Both the position numbers and the translations under genes were made by a program. Below, one piece after another: positions 8,948-18,510 of a stretch of 28,177 bases of DNA (position 1 is the first letter of the stretch; each line of letters starts with the position of its first letter). The notes beneath the pieces are model-generated. The model had not been told where the DNA came from. It did no database searches and saw only the letters and a program-made list of their open reading frames with translations. The DNA is from Pseudomonadota bacterium (lineage in GTDB: Bacteria; Pseudomonadota; Alphaproteobacteria; Rs-D84), in the NCBI GenBank assembly GCA_030531915.1, contig JAUNMD010000002.1:1-28177 (forward strand), written 5' to 3'.

Positions 8948-10192
8948 ATGATTAAATTACCAGAATTACTTGCACCGGCGGGCACGCTGGACGCATTCAA
9001 AACCGCGATTTTGTACGGCGCAGACGCAATTTATGCCGGTCTGCCGGGTTTTTCGATGCGTGCGCGCGCAAAAATCACCACCGCAGAGGTAAAACAAGGT
9101 ATAGAACTGGCCCACGCCGCGGGCAAACGGGTCTATTTGGCGTTCAACCTGTTCGCGCACGAACGCGAATATGCAAATATGCCCCGCGTCAGCGAAGTTA
9201 TAGATTACCTGCGCCCCGATGCACTGATTGTTGCAGACCCCGGCGTTATGATGTGGGTGCGCGAACATCACCCTGATATTCCAATTCATGTATCGACACA
9301 GGCGAATATATGTTCGTCGGCGTCGGTAAAGTTCTGGCAAAATGCGGGCGCAAAATTGTGCGTGTTGGCACGCGAAGTCCCATTTAATGAATTTTGTGAA
9401 ATCCGCGCCGCATGCCCCGATGTTGGTCTGGAAATCTTTGTTCATGGCGCAATGTGTATGAGTTATTCGGGCCGTTGCCTGTTGTCGAACTTTATCACGG
9501 GGCGTCCATCAAACCGCGGGGCGTGCGCGCAACTGTGCCGATGGAAATACGACGTCATTTTGCGTGAAACCCAGTCCGGTGTCGAAATGCCATTAGAGGA
9601 AGATTCCCGTGGCGCATACATCATGAACTCGCGCGATTTGTGTCTGATGCCACGCTTGGCAGAAATTATTGCCGCCCGTCCTGATTCATTAAAGATAGAG
9701 GGTCGCAATCGCAGCGAATATTATGTTGCCATGGTGACAAATGCGTATCGCTGTGCGCTGGACGCGTATGCCGCCGATCCCGATAATTTTGATCCTGCGC
9801 CATTTATGGATTTACTGAACAAATTGGAAACGCGTGGATACACAACGGCATTCTTTGATGGGAATTTGGGCCCATCGGCACATGATTATGAAACAACGCG
9901 TTCAACATCTGATTGGCACGCGGCGGGCGTGGTAACCGCGGTGGATGCAGACAAAATCACACTGGAATTGCGTAATGAATTGCGCGCCGATACCGATATT
10001 ACATTCGTGCTGCCGGGGGTAATTGGTGGCGCGACGGTGCACCTGAATCAAATTATAAATGCAAAAAATGGCGATACATTACCCAAAATGTCGGCGGGCC
10101 AGCACAACAGTATCACAATCCCGCGTGCGTGGATTTCGGCGGAAAACTGGGCAAAATTTGCGCCGTGTGTTGTTGCATACCAGCATAAATAA
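8948..10192 (+). CDS. trhP: Peptidase U32 family protein, TrhP/YegQ-like (tRNA hydroxylation)
   Basis: PELLAPAG, YGADAIYAG, HVSTQAN, EIFVHGAMCMSYSGRCLLS, NRGACAQLCR (Fe-S cysteines), DSLKIEGR. Confidence 0.8.
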   Translation: MIKLPELLAPAGTLDAFKTAILYGADAIYAGLPGFSMRARAKITTAEVKQGIELAHAAGKRVYLAFNLFAHEREYANMPRVSEVIDYLRPDALIVADPGVMMWVREHHPDIPIHVSTQANICSSASVKFWQNAGAKLCVLAREVPFNEFCEIRAACPDVGLEIFVHGAMCMSYSGRCLLSNFITGRPSNRGACAQLCRWKYDVILRETQSGVEMPLEEDSRGAYIMNSRDLCLMPRLAEIIAARPDSLKIEGRNRSEYYVAMVTNAYRCALDAYAADPDNFDPAPFMDLLNKLETRGYTTAFFDGNLGPSAHDYETTRSTSDWHAAGVVTAVDADKITLELRNELRADTDITFVLPGVIGGATVHLNQIINAKNGDTLPKMSAGQHNSITIPRAWISAENWAKFAPCVVAYQHK

Positions 10193-10214
10193 ATTTTGCA
10201 AGAAAAAGATTTCT

Positions 10215-10242
10215 TTGACTTTATTCCCAAAATAGGTATACC
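10215..10242 (+). promoter_or_regulatory. Probable promoter giving a ~115-nt leader
   Basis: TTGACT - 16 bp - TATACC. Confidence 0.45.
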
Positions 10243-10267
10243 CTGATAAATGGTCGTGTCGCAAAAA

Positions 10268-10330
10268 CACACTGTTGCCAATAATGGGCGGTGTGGATAT
10301 GACCTCCGGTCTTGCCAATAATGGGGGCCG
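10268..10330 (+). ncRNA. Candidate cis-regulatory RNA: two tandem stem-loops with identical loop GCCAAUAAUG
   Basis: Direct repeat TTGCCAATAATGGG at 10275-10288 and 10312-10325. Stems CACACTGTT/GGCGGTGTG and CGGTCTT/GGGGCCG differ in sequence yet both pair; their G-U pairs work only on the + strand. Confidence 0.45.
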
Positions 10331-10361
10331 CAGAATTTCATCACAACGAAGGAGTTATTTG

Positions 10362-11465
10362 ATGAAAAAAACAATTACGTTGGCGACGGCGATGGCCGCG
10401 CTGACTGCGCCTGCGATGGCTGCAAACATTCCTGGGCCGTATTCTACGGTTCATAACATGGAAAATCCGTTGTATTTGCCAGAACAGAATATGTTCTATT
10501 CCAAATTGTCCAACGGTATTATGTTAAAGGTCGCCGATAATTCATGGGCGCACCGCGAAAAAAATCACAGCGGCGGTTTTGAATTTCCAATCGTCCGCGT
10601 CCAAGAAGAAATGGGCTATGGTATTACAGATCGTTGGGCGGCACACTTTATGTTGCAATACACCCACGATAACGATATTGGCCGTACCGGTCTGTCCGGC
10701 GGTCGTCTGGGGACAACATATCGTATCTTGAACCTGTACAATGGTTTTGTATGGGACGTATATGGTGACATCCACTTGGGTGGTGTCGGTGAAATGCGCG
10801 GCACATACAATGTAAAGGGTGACTTGAATACCCCCAGCACCGTGTACGGCGTGTTTGATTACGATAACTATTCTGACGGTATGTGGGGATTCCATGCGGG
10901 GACAAAATTTGGCCGCGTATGGGACAAATTTACCGCACAGGCATTTGTTGAAATCCTGCAAACATTCGCAGATGACAACAATATGATACGTGTTGTCGGT
11001 GATACCAAAGGCGTGGTACGGAATATCCCTGGCGTTGGCGATGTTGTGATGTCGCCAGCAACACAGTTGGCGATGTTGGGTGCACCAAACCAGATTTCAG
11101 CCAGAATCAAAGGGTATACAGACATCAATGCCGGTGTCCAAGGGTTCTATGAATTTTCAAACCGTTGGAGCATGGGCGGTTGGTTCAAATTCAATCATCA
11201 TTCTGACCATGGTGTTGATAAAATCACAACCGAAATGCCAAATGCGCAAACCAAGGCATTGGCGACTGCGCTGGAAAAACTGTTGGCTGACATGGAAGAT
11301 GGTTGGGACGAATACGTTATCGGTGCATCGGTTTCGAACCGGTTGACAGATAATACCCAAATCACGGTCTATGGCGAATATACGCTGGACGACTCGCATC
11401 GTAAATCCCAAAACGGGACAGATGTCAAGGCCGAAATGGGCGTTCGTCTGAACTTTACGTTCTAA
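10362..11465 (+). CDS. Outer-membrane beta-barrel protein of unknown function
   Basis: Start re-called at 10362 (AAGGAG). Signal peptide, amphipathic aromatic/Gly strands, C-terminal GVRLNFTF BAM-type signature. Confidence 0.7.
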   Translation: MKKTITLATAMAALTAPAMAANIPGPYSTVHNMENPLYLPEQNMFYSKLSNGIMLKVADNSWAHREKNHSGGFEFPIVRVQEEMGYGITDRWAAHFMLQYTHDNDIGRTGLSGGRLGTTYRILNLYNGFVWDVYGDIHLGGVGEMRGTYNVKGDLNTPSTVYGVFDYDNYSDGMWGFHAGTKFGRVWDKFTAQAFVEILQTFADDNNMIRVVGDTKGVVRNIPGVGDVVMSPATQLAMLGAPNQISARIKGYTDINAGVQGFYEFSNRWSMGGWFKFNHHSDHGVDKITTEMPNAQTKALATALEKLLADMEDGWDEYVIGASVSNRLTDNTQITVYGEYTLDDSHRKSQNGTDVKAEMGVRLNFTF

Positions 11466-11493
11466 ACATAAAAACAACAAAACATATTGGACT

Positions 11494-11520
11494 AAATCCC
11501 GCGTAATGCGGGATTTTTGT
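11494..11520 (+). terminator. Intrinsic terminator
   Basis: AAATCCCGC-GTAAT-GCGGGATTT then TTGT. Confidence 0.75.
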
Positions 11521-11576
11521 TTTGTACTCTTGGGGAATTTTATGATATAATATGCGCAAAAGGAAATGGATTTTAC

Positions 11577-12656
11577 ATGAAAAAATCTGCTATTTTTGCC
11601 GTTTTAACGGGTGTTTTGGCGGGCATGTCAAATGACGCGCATGCCGCGTATCCTGTGTATCAGGCGGCGTATCCAACAACATATCAGGCGACCACCGCCC
11701 AGGGCCAGGTTATCGCATTGCCAAACCAAACGTCGGTCACAACCAGTACCAGTTTACCGGCCAATACCCGTGTCACGGGTGCGTTACCACGCGTTGGGTC
11801 ATCGGCAACGAATGCAGGACGCCAGTATTACCAGCCGGCGGACTATGACCGTTTGGCGGACAGTGGCCTGTACATCGGTGTTTCTGCGGGGTATTCTGCA
11901 TCAATCACGGGCAGTATGTCCGCCGATTATGCCGGCGAAGATAAATCGTATGTTGTCCCCGGCGCATTCAAAGATGCAAACTTTTCATCTGATACCGTGA
12001 TTCCATTACAGGTATCGGTTGGTGCGGCAATCAATAACGACGTGCGTATTGATTTCTCGTTCTTGCGTTATTCGGGGCTCGGGTACCCAGACACGGTTGA
12101 ATCCGCCGACGGTAATGGTGGCTATATCACGGGCAAGGTCAGTGGTGGTGCAATCACCGCAAACACGACAATGCTGAACGTGTATTATAATATCGATTCT
12201 TATACCGGCTATCTGGCGGGTGGCGCGTTGCGTCCGTATATCGGGGCTGGTGTTGGTATTTCGCTGAATACAATCGCCGACTATGTCGTGTACGATGGCA
12301 CGTTCTATGACGTGATGGATCCATCGGCGGCTGGTGCGGGTGACCTGACGGGTATTTCGGACGTCTATGCATACCACAACGGTGGCACAACAGAACAGTT
12401 GGCTTTTTCGGTCGAGGGTGGTTTGACAACCGAATTGGACGGCGGTATTAAATTGGATTTCTTTGTTCGCTATGCCAATTTGGGCAAGGTTAAAACATCG
12501 GGCAGTATCGTTGTTTCTCAAACTGAATGGTTGGGCGACGGTGCGGGTGGCGAATACCAAGCACCATATGACAGCGTATTCCACTATACCAACTGGTACG
12601 AAAGTGGCCGCCTGGGCATGGTTGATTTAGGTGTCCGCGCACGCCTGCAATTTTAG
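11577..12656 (+). CDS. Outer-membrane beta-barrel protein (OmpA-TM/opacity-like, probably 8-stranded)
   Basis: Start re-called at 11577. Signal peptide, GLYIGVSAG, RIDFSF, MLNVYYNID, RPYIGAGVG, terminal GVRARLQF. Confidence 0.75.
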   Translation: MKKSAIFAVLTGVLAGMSNDAHAAYPVYQAAYPTTYQATTAQGQVIALPNQTSVTTSTSLPANTRVTGALPRVGSSATNAGRQYYQPADYDRLADSGLYIGVSAGYSASITGSMSADYAGEDKSYVVPGAFKDANFSSDTVIPLQVSVGAAINNDVRIDFSFLRYSGLGYPDTVESADGNGGYITGKVSGGAITANTTMLNVYYNIDSYTGYLAGGALRPYIGAGVGISLNTIADYVVYDGTFYDVMDPSAAGAGDLTGISDVYAYHNGGTTEQLAFSVEGGLTTELDGGIKLDFFVRYANLGKVKTSGSIVVSQTEWLGDGAGGEYQAPYDSVFHYTNWYESGRLGMVDLGVRARLQF

Positions 12657-12691
12657 TTTTTTATAACAGGCCAGAGTAGGGGGGAGAGAGA

Positions 12692-14458
12692 ATGAAGTTT
12701 AACTATTATCTATTATCTATGCTCTATGCTCTATGCTCTGCGTCGGCAGACGCCGCAGTGCGAGTTGGCAACGCATCGCGCAGTTATGCGGCCGGCTATC
12801 AACAGGTAAATGCCCAACGCGAACAGATTGCGGCGGCCGCTGCGGCCGCCGCCACACCAACTGCCACGACCCAGTCGGCGGACACGGAAACCAACCTGCC
12901 GGTGCGGGTGGCAAACCGTGAATTGGCGCAAAAGTTGTCGCGTGGCGAAACGGATTCGCGTGTCAGTATCGAAACACTGGATTCTTGCGCAATGGTATAC
13001 CCAAATGGTGAATTTGCGTGGGATACGCCAACGGTTGGCAATGGTGCGGGTGGCGCATCAACGTGTGTCGCGGTTGTCGAATTGCGTGGCTATCAAATGG
13101 GACTGGACGGTTCCGACGCCGTTTTGGCGCGCGCGAATTTGGCGGCGGGCGACGCGGTCAAATGTAATATCTCTGACTTTCCTGAATTTTCATACACCAC
13201 CGATGCGGCCCAGGTTACGTTCCCTGCGGACAATGAACCGACCCGTGCGGACGTGGTTCAGGTATTGAATGCGGAACAGAAACAGAACGCCGGCCTGCGT
13301 ATTGCGGCGGGCACGGTGATTGGCGGTCTGGCGGGTAATGCCGCCGGCAAAAACGAAATCGGCAGTGACAGCATCTTGGGCGGTGGCAAACATAAAACCA
13401 CCGGCACAATTATCGGTGCAATCAGTGGCGCGGCCCTGATGGCGGGCAATGCCTATTCGGGCAAGGTTGCGGGTGACACAATCCTGTCAACCGGCGTCAA
13501 CGCCGCCGCGGGCAGTATGATTGGCAACATCGCCGCCAGTGGCGATTCAGTCCTGCGTATCGAGGATTGCAAAATCCCCAGCGTGACCGTGGCCAAAGAA
13601 AAAACGACCACCAACGCAAATGCCGATAACAAGGCGACCACCGACGCAACCGCGAACAATAACGCCAATGCTGATGATAAAACCGCCGAACCACAGAATA
13701 AAAATTCCAAGTGCCTGTGGGGTGTTATCAGAAAGGGTAACACACTGGGGGACAAACATGCCTATTACAACACTGGCGACGAAACAACATTGGTGTGTGA
13801 ATCAGACGATACTGGTTGTAAACAAGAAACCCTGTTGAATATTAAACTAGATGCATACCCGAACAAAGACATTGATGCCGCGGCCAAGGAAGGGTTCGAA
13901 AAAGTCAAAGCTGATTCCGCAAAACAGTTTTATTTGACTGAAAAAAATGAAATGAAAAATAGTGTAAATCCTGACAACAGTGCAATTTATGCCAAGATTT
14001 CCAGTGCCACCATTGCCACCGGCACACAGATTCCTGCGATGATTGCCGACGTCAATGACAAGGCGTTTGGTTACAAGCGTTCTGATTGGGCCAAATTGAA
14101 ATCGGATTTGTCGGGACATACAATTTTGGGCCGCACGTCCAGCGGTACTGGCTATGCCTTGGACGGTGAATACAGTATCACGGACTTTTACCCAATGATG
14201 GTTGATGCGTCCGACGGCGGTATTATTGACTTTGGTAACAAGGCCAGATTAAAAGGCACATTGATTGGTGCGGGTGCTGGTGGCGCATTGGGTGCATATG
14301 CTGGATACCAAGGGGCACAATCCGATGTCGAAAATCGCTGGGTTACGGCCGTGCGCGAATACAAGGATTCGTTGCAGAAAATATACTGTGCCACCGGAAA
14401 ACGATTCTTGGGCTATTACAACGACGAAATCGTAATCCCCACAATGATAAACCGATAA
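12692..14458 (+). CDS. Secreted/surface protein with glycine-zipper segments and several cysteines
   Basis: Signal peptide ending ASADA; GxxxG helices (AGTVIGGLAG, GTIIGAISG, GAGAGGALG); low-complexity N/A/D/T linker. Confidence 0.7.
   Translation: MKFNYYLLSMLYALCSASADAAVRVGNASRSYAAGYQQVNAQREQIAAAAAAAATPTATTQSADTETNLPVRVANRELAQKLSRGETDSRVSIETLDSCAMVYPNGEFAWDTPTVGNGAGGASTCVAVVELRGYQMGLDGSDAVLARANLAAGDAVKCNISDFPEFSYTTDAAQVTFPADNEPTRADVVQVLNAEQKQNAGLRIAAGTVIGGLAGNAAGKNEIGSDSILGGGKHKTTGTIIGAISGAALMAGNAYSGKVAGDTILSTGVNAAAGSMIGNIAASGDSVLRIEDCKIPSVTVAKEKTTTNANADNKATTDATANNNANADDKTAEPQNKNSKCLWGVIRKGNTLGDKHAYYNTGDETTLVCESDDTGCKQETLLNIKLDAYPNKDIDAAAKEGFEKVKADSAKQFYLTEKNEMKNSVNPDNSAIYAKISSATIATGTQIPAMIADVNDKAFGYKRSDWAKLKSDLSGHTILGRTSSGTGYALDGEYSITDFYPMMVDASDGGIIDFGNKARLKGTLIGAGAGGALGAYAGYQGAQSDVENRWVTAVREYKDSLQKIYCATGKRFLGYYNDEIVIPTMINR
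12703..12737 (+). repeat. Heptamer tandem repeat (CTATTAT)2(CTATGCT)3 in the signal-peptide coding region
   Basis: Read directly from 12703-12737. Confidence 0.9.
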
Positions 14459-14461
14459 AAC

Positions 14462-14489
14462 AAAAACACCCGCCCACGGGTGTTTTTTT
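14462..14489. terminator. Bidirectional intrinsic terminator
   Basis: AAAAACACCCG-CCCA-CGGGTGTTTTT between convergent genes. Confidence 0.8.
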
Positions 14490-14501
14490 GATGGTTTATG
14501 A

Positions 14502-14963
14502 CTATTGACACTCAAATATATTATAACGATATATTGTGGTGGTGCTTGCACCAAAACCGGAGAGTGTCGTAATTGATGTTTTTCCTGCGCTTGCGGATGT
14601 GTCTAACACGCCACCAGCGTTCTGAAATTTTACGGGCATGCTGATGTCTGAACCTGTGATCACATTGCCTCCCATTTCAAAAACAGTTTTGAATATTTGT
14701 GACATGTCAGAACTGGCTATATAACCCAGCAGGGTGCACTCGCCGCCTTTGGGTAATCCAGATGCGTAAATATCAATGTATGTATATTTGTATTCTGGGG
14801 CCGCTTCAAATAAAGAGTGTCCCAAGGTATCTGCTCGCAGTTGGCCTTCATAAAAGCCACCTTCGCCCGTGATATATTTTGTGCCGTCATATGGGTAAAA
14901 TGTCATTGCGGGGGAACACGCCGCCAACAACAGCGCGAAAATCCCGAACTGTATTGCTTTCAT
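14502..14963 (-). CDS. Putative lipoprotein
   Basis: MKAIQFGIFALLLAAC lipobox (LAAC); AAGGAG SD. Confidence 0.75.
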   Translation of the reverse strand: MKAIQFGIFALLLAACSPAMTFYPYDGTKYITGEGGFYEGQLRADTLGHSLFEAAPEYKYTYIDIYASGLPKGGECTLLGYIASSDMSQIFKTVFEMGGNVITGSDISMPVKFQNAGGVLDTSASAGKTSITTLSGFGASTTTIYRYNIFECQ

Positions 14964-14987
14964 AAATGTCTCCTTGATATATTTGTC

Positions 14988-15016
14988 AGTATAAGATATT
15001 GTCTGGCCAAGGGCAA
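14988..15016 (-). promoter_or_regulatory. Promoter of the lipoprotein gene
   Basis: Minus strand TTGCCC - 17 bp - TATACT. Confidence 0.55.
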
Positions 15017-15099
15017 TAAAAAAATACCGTTTTTGTATATTTTTTATTTTTTGGACTTACATGAATATTACTTCTGTTGCCTTGTTATGGTGCGCTGTG

Positions 15100-15193
15100 T
15101 TCTAGCGTGGGTTGATTTTTGTTGTAAAACACAACCTGTGCTAGAAAATAATAGAAAGTTGCACAAAATTCAACCTATGATTGAATTTTGTGT
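15100..15193. repeat. Two long inverted repeats (hairpins) in AT-rich intergenic DNA
   Basis: TTCTAGCGTGGGTTG (15100-15114) pairs with CAACCTGTGCTAGAA (15132-15146) using G-U pairs. GCACAAAATTCAA-N7-TTGAATTTTGTGT at 15161-15193. Confidence 0.75.
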
Positions 15194-15645
15194 TGGTTAA
15201 ATGACGCTTTTTTATAGTTGTGATTGTTGTGTGTACTATTTGTTTGTGCTATTTTATTTGCTTGTCTTATAAATCTCTGGGTAAATTCTAGTATTGTCTG
15301 ATTTCTTTATAAAAAACGCATTATGTAACCGGTGGTTGAATATTTACATAAATTCGCGTATCGCGCGAATTTTGTCTGACGTTTAGGACTGCTTGCAAAA
15401 AATAAATTGAATTTTTATCTTTGTGCAACCTGTGGTTGAATTATGGCCTGTAATACTCTGTGTTGACACAAAAAGCGCGTGATACGCGACAATATGTCCA
15501 GTTATGTTGCACATAAAAGCAATCTATCATAAAAAATATTGGGAAAAATTTCCTAAAATAGAGTAATTACAATAAGTTATTGCTTTTGCTCCTAAGGTGT
15601 GCTATTTAATTTTTTATCAAAATGGATAAATTACAGGAGAAAAAT

Positions 15646-16551
15646 ATGTCATTGCCAAATTATCAAGAATTTATGCGACCGTTATTGCAAGCGTACGCGG
15701 AAACAACAGAACCGTGTAAAATTGCGAAAATGGAACAAGTTGTGGCAAACAAAATGCACCTAACCAGTGAACAACAAAGTGAAATGATTAGGAGCAAGCG
15801 GAACACAGTTGTTTATTCACGTCTTCACTGGGCCAGTTATTATATGTATATTGCTGGATTGCTGCGTAAACCGCAACCTGGGTATTATGAAATCACTCCG
15901 GCTGGTATCAGCGCATTGAAATCAGGGGCGCAAATAAATGATGCTTACTTGTCCCAATTTCCGGATTTTGTCGCTTTTATGAAACGTTCCAATATGAAAA
16001 TCAAGAACACACAGGGCGGGGTAGAAACGGAAACTTGTTCGGCCAGTCAAGATCCAGAGGAAAGTATAGATTCGGCTATTGGCGAAATAAATGCGGCACT
16101 GGAAGATGAAATTTTAACGTCAGTGAAAAACATTCAACCACAACGTTTTGAGCGTGTAGTAGTTGACTTGATGGAGGCCATGGATTATGGCACGGGAAAA
16201 CTGACGCAATATACCGCAGATGGTGGCATAGATGGCATAATCTACGAAGATGAATTGGGTTTGTCTAAAATATATTTGCAGGCAAAGCGTTATTCGGATA
16301 GCAAAATCAATGAAAAAGAAATGCAAAATTTTATTGGCGCATTGGCATCAAATGGTGTGTCCAAAGGTGTGTTTATGACAACATCGTACTTTTCTGACAA
16401 GGCGCGTTCACGTGCCGACAAGGCCCAGAATATGATAATTCGCCTGATTGATGGCGCGGAATTGGCCAAGTTGATGCTGAAACATAATTTAGGCGCTCGC
16501 GCCAAGAAAAATTATGACATCAAAGAATTTGATGAAACATATTTCCAGTAA
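15646..16551 (+). CDS. mrr: Mrr family type IV restriction endonuclease
   Basis: Start re-called at 15646 (AGGAG). Mrr N-domain (LPNYQEFMRPLL, SRLHWA..Y...AGLL) and catalytic DGGIDGII...YLQAKRY, GVFMTTSYF, LIDGAELAKLM. Confidence 0.92.
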   Translation: MSLPNYQEFMRPLLQAYAETTEPCKIAKMEQVVANKMHLTSEQQSEMIRSKRNTVVYSRLHWASYYMYIAGLLRKPQPGYYEITPAGISALKSGAQINDAYLSQFPDFVAFMKRSNMKIKNTQGGVETETCSASQDPEESIDSAIGEINAALEDEILTSVKNIQPQRFERVVVDLMEAMDYGTGKLTQYTADGGIDGIIYEDELGLSKIYLQAKRYSDSKINEKEMQNFIGALASNGVSKGVFMTTSYFSDKARSRADKAQNMIIRLIDGAELAKLMLKHNLGARAKKNYDIKEFDETYFQ

Positions 16552-16623
16552 AACTTTGGTGCTAGTAAATAGGCCGATGAAGCAAAGAATAAAACTCAAG
16601 AATGTGTAAGAAAGGTGCTAGCC

Positions 16624-18510
16624 GTGTACATATCAAAAGTCAATATTAGAAATTTCAGATCACTAAAAAATTTTTCTATAACTCTTGAGAAAGGGTTGTC
16701 GGTTATTGTTGGACGTAACAATACCGGTAAGACATCTTTTTTGATAGCATTAAGCAGATTTATCAACGATGGCAAAATCAATTTTTATGATTTGAATACA
16801 GAGTTTAGCAAATTTCTCTGTGACTTACTCACCACAGGTAATGTCATGGAAGAGAATGATTTTAATGAAAAGTATAGTGGGGATAAAGAGCTGGGAGTTT
16901 TCTTGTCTTTTGTTATTACATATGATGACGATGATGATTTGAGTAATTTGTCTAATTTTATGATTGACCTAGATGAAAATGTTAAAACCGTATCATTTAA
17001 GATGAAGTTCGTCTTAACGTACGATAACTACAAAAAAATTACCCAAAAACTAGATGACAAAGAACCTGAGGCAAAGGTAAGTTATATAAAAAAACATATA
17101 AACGACATTTTAGTTTGGAATGCGTATTCTTATTTTCAAAATGGTGATAAAGAATGCAAGCACTGTTTTGACAAGAGAGACCAATCCTTAGGGAAACTTA
17201 TAGCCATAGAGACAATACGTGCACCAAGGGATTTTGTGAAAAATAATTCAAAAACATTATCGGAACTATCTAACGAATTTTTTCAATGCAAAAAAATCCA
17301 GAAGGAAAAAGTTATTGAAAATTTTGAGGCGTCTCTGGTTGATATGGATAAGCGTCTGAAAGACGAATATGTAAAGATTTTTGACGGTGTTTTTAAGAAA
17401 ATACGAGAATACATAGATGACGAGCATATAAAGCCACAAATTGTTTCAGAACTATCGGCAGAAAACCTGTTGAGACAAAATGTTATTGTAAAATATCAAG
17501 ATGATTTGCCGGAATATAATAATGGCTTGGGGTATTTGAATTTAATAGCCATATTATTTGATATTCAAATTTTTGCTGAAAAACAAAATGATGGCAAACG
17601 GCCAGATATTTCATTATTGTGCATAGAAGAACCAGAGGCGCACACGCACCCACAATTACAATATATTTTTATTAAACAAATAAAAAAATTGATACGAGAT
17701 TGTAGTTTTCAAAGTATTATTTCTTCACATTCAACACATGTTGTGTCCCAGTCAAATTTTGAAGATATAAGGTATTTTTATATAGGCGATGATGCTGGCG
17801 TGCACTCTAAAAGTTTAACAGATTTGCATGGACTCTTGGATGATGATGTATACATCTTTTTCAAAAAATATCTCACTGTAAATTTGGCAGAATTATTTTT
17901 TGCTGACAAAGTAATTTTTATTGAAGGGAACACAGAACGTATTTTGCTGCCGATATTTATTGAAAAGCTTAGACAGCAGGATGAATATAAAAATATTCGT
18001 AGTAAAAACGTTAGCATATTTACTGTTGGTGGGGCTTATGCATATAAATTCAGACCTTTAATTGATTTTTTGAACACAAAATGCCTTATCATAACGGATG
18101 TAGATTACAAAAAAAACAATAATAAGAACCACGGAACAACTAATGCAACCATTAGAAAATTAATACCCAAGCACTCTTCGACGCTTGCAGATTTAATTGG
18201 TGCTGCTAACGAGGAAGTAGAAAAAAATAAATTGTATCTTGCCTTTCAAAGGGATGGAACGCGATCTTTCGAAGATGCTTTTTTTGAAGCCAATAAGTCA
18301 TTTATTAGAGGCAATGTAAACCGCTTTTCGTCGTTAAAAAATAAATCTAAAATCGCAATTTATGAAGATAAAGATGACTTTGCGGAACGGTTTGTGAAAA
18401 GTAAGACGGGATTTGCCATGGATGTTTTAATATTATCTCAGGACAATGATTACAAAGATTGGAAAACGCCAACCTATATAGAAGAGGGCTTGAAATGGCT
18501 GATGAAATAA
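16624..18510 (+). CDS. gajA: OLD-family ABC-ATPase/TOPRIM nuclease, Gabija GajA-like
   Basis: Likely GTG start at 16624. Walker A GRNNTGKT, IEEPEAHTHPQ, SSHS, TOPRIM FFADKVIFIEG...E and ITDVD, terminal PTYIEEGLKWL. Overlaps a UvrD gene. Confidence 0.8.
   Translation: MYISKVNIRNFRSLKNFSITLEKGLSVIVGRNNTGKTSFLIALSRFINDGKINFYDLNTEFSKFLCDLLTTGNVMEENDFNEKYSGDKELGVFLSFVITYDDDDDLSNLSNFMIDLDENVKTVSFKMKFVLTYDNYKKITQKLDDKEPEAKVSYIKKHINDILVWNAYSYFQNGDKECKHCFDKRDQSLGKLIAIETIRAPRDFVKNNSKTLSELSNEFFQCKKIQKEKVIENFEASLVDMDKRLKDEYVKIFDGVFKKIREYIDDEHIKPQIVSELSAENLLRQNVIVKYQDDLPEYNNGLGYLNLIAILFDIQIFAEKQNDGKRPDISLLCIEEPEAHTHPQLQYIFIKQIKKLIRDCSFQSIISSHSTHVVSQSNFEDIRYFYIGDDAGVHSKSLTDLHGLLDDDVYIFFKKYLTVNLAELFFADKVIFIEGNTERILLPIFIEKLRQQDEYKNIRSKNVSIFTVGGAYAYKFRPLIDFLNTKCLIITDVDYKKNNNKNHGTTNATIRKLIPKHSSTLADLIGAANEEVEKNKLYLAFQRDGTRSFEDAFFEANKSFIRGNVNRFSSLKNKSKIAIYEDKDDFAERFVKSKTGFAMDVLILSQDNDYKDWKTPTYIEEGLKWLMK

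Noticed and set aside
15302-15331. dif/cer-like Xer site (TTTCTTTATAA-N8-TTATGTAACCG)
   Set aside because: Only the TTATGT core matches XerD and the XerC arm is poor; expected by chance in AT-rich DNA.
15431-15439. DnaA-box-like TGTGGTTGA suggesting oriC
   Set aside because: Two mismatches to TGTGGATAA, better explained as part of the palindrome; no typical oriC-flanking genes.
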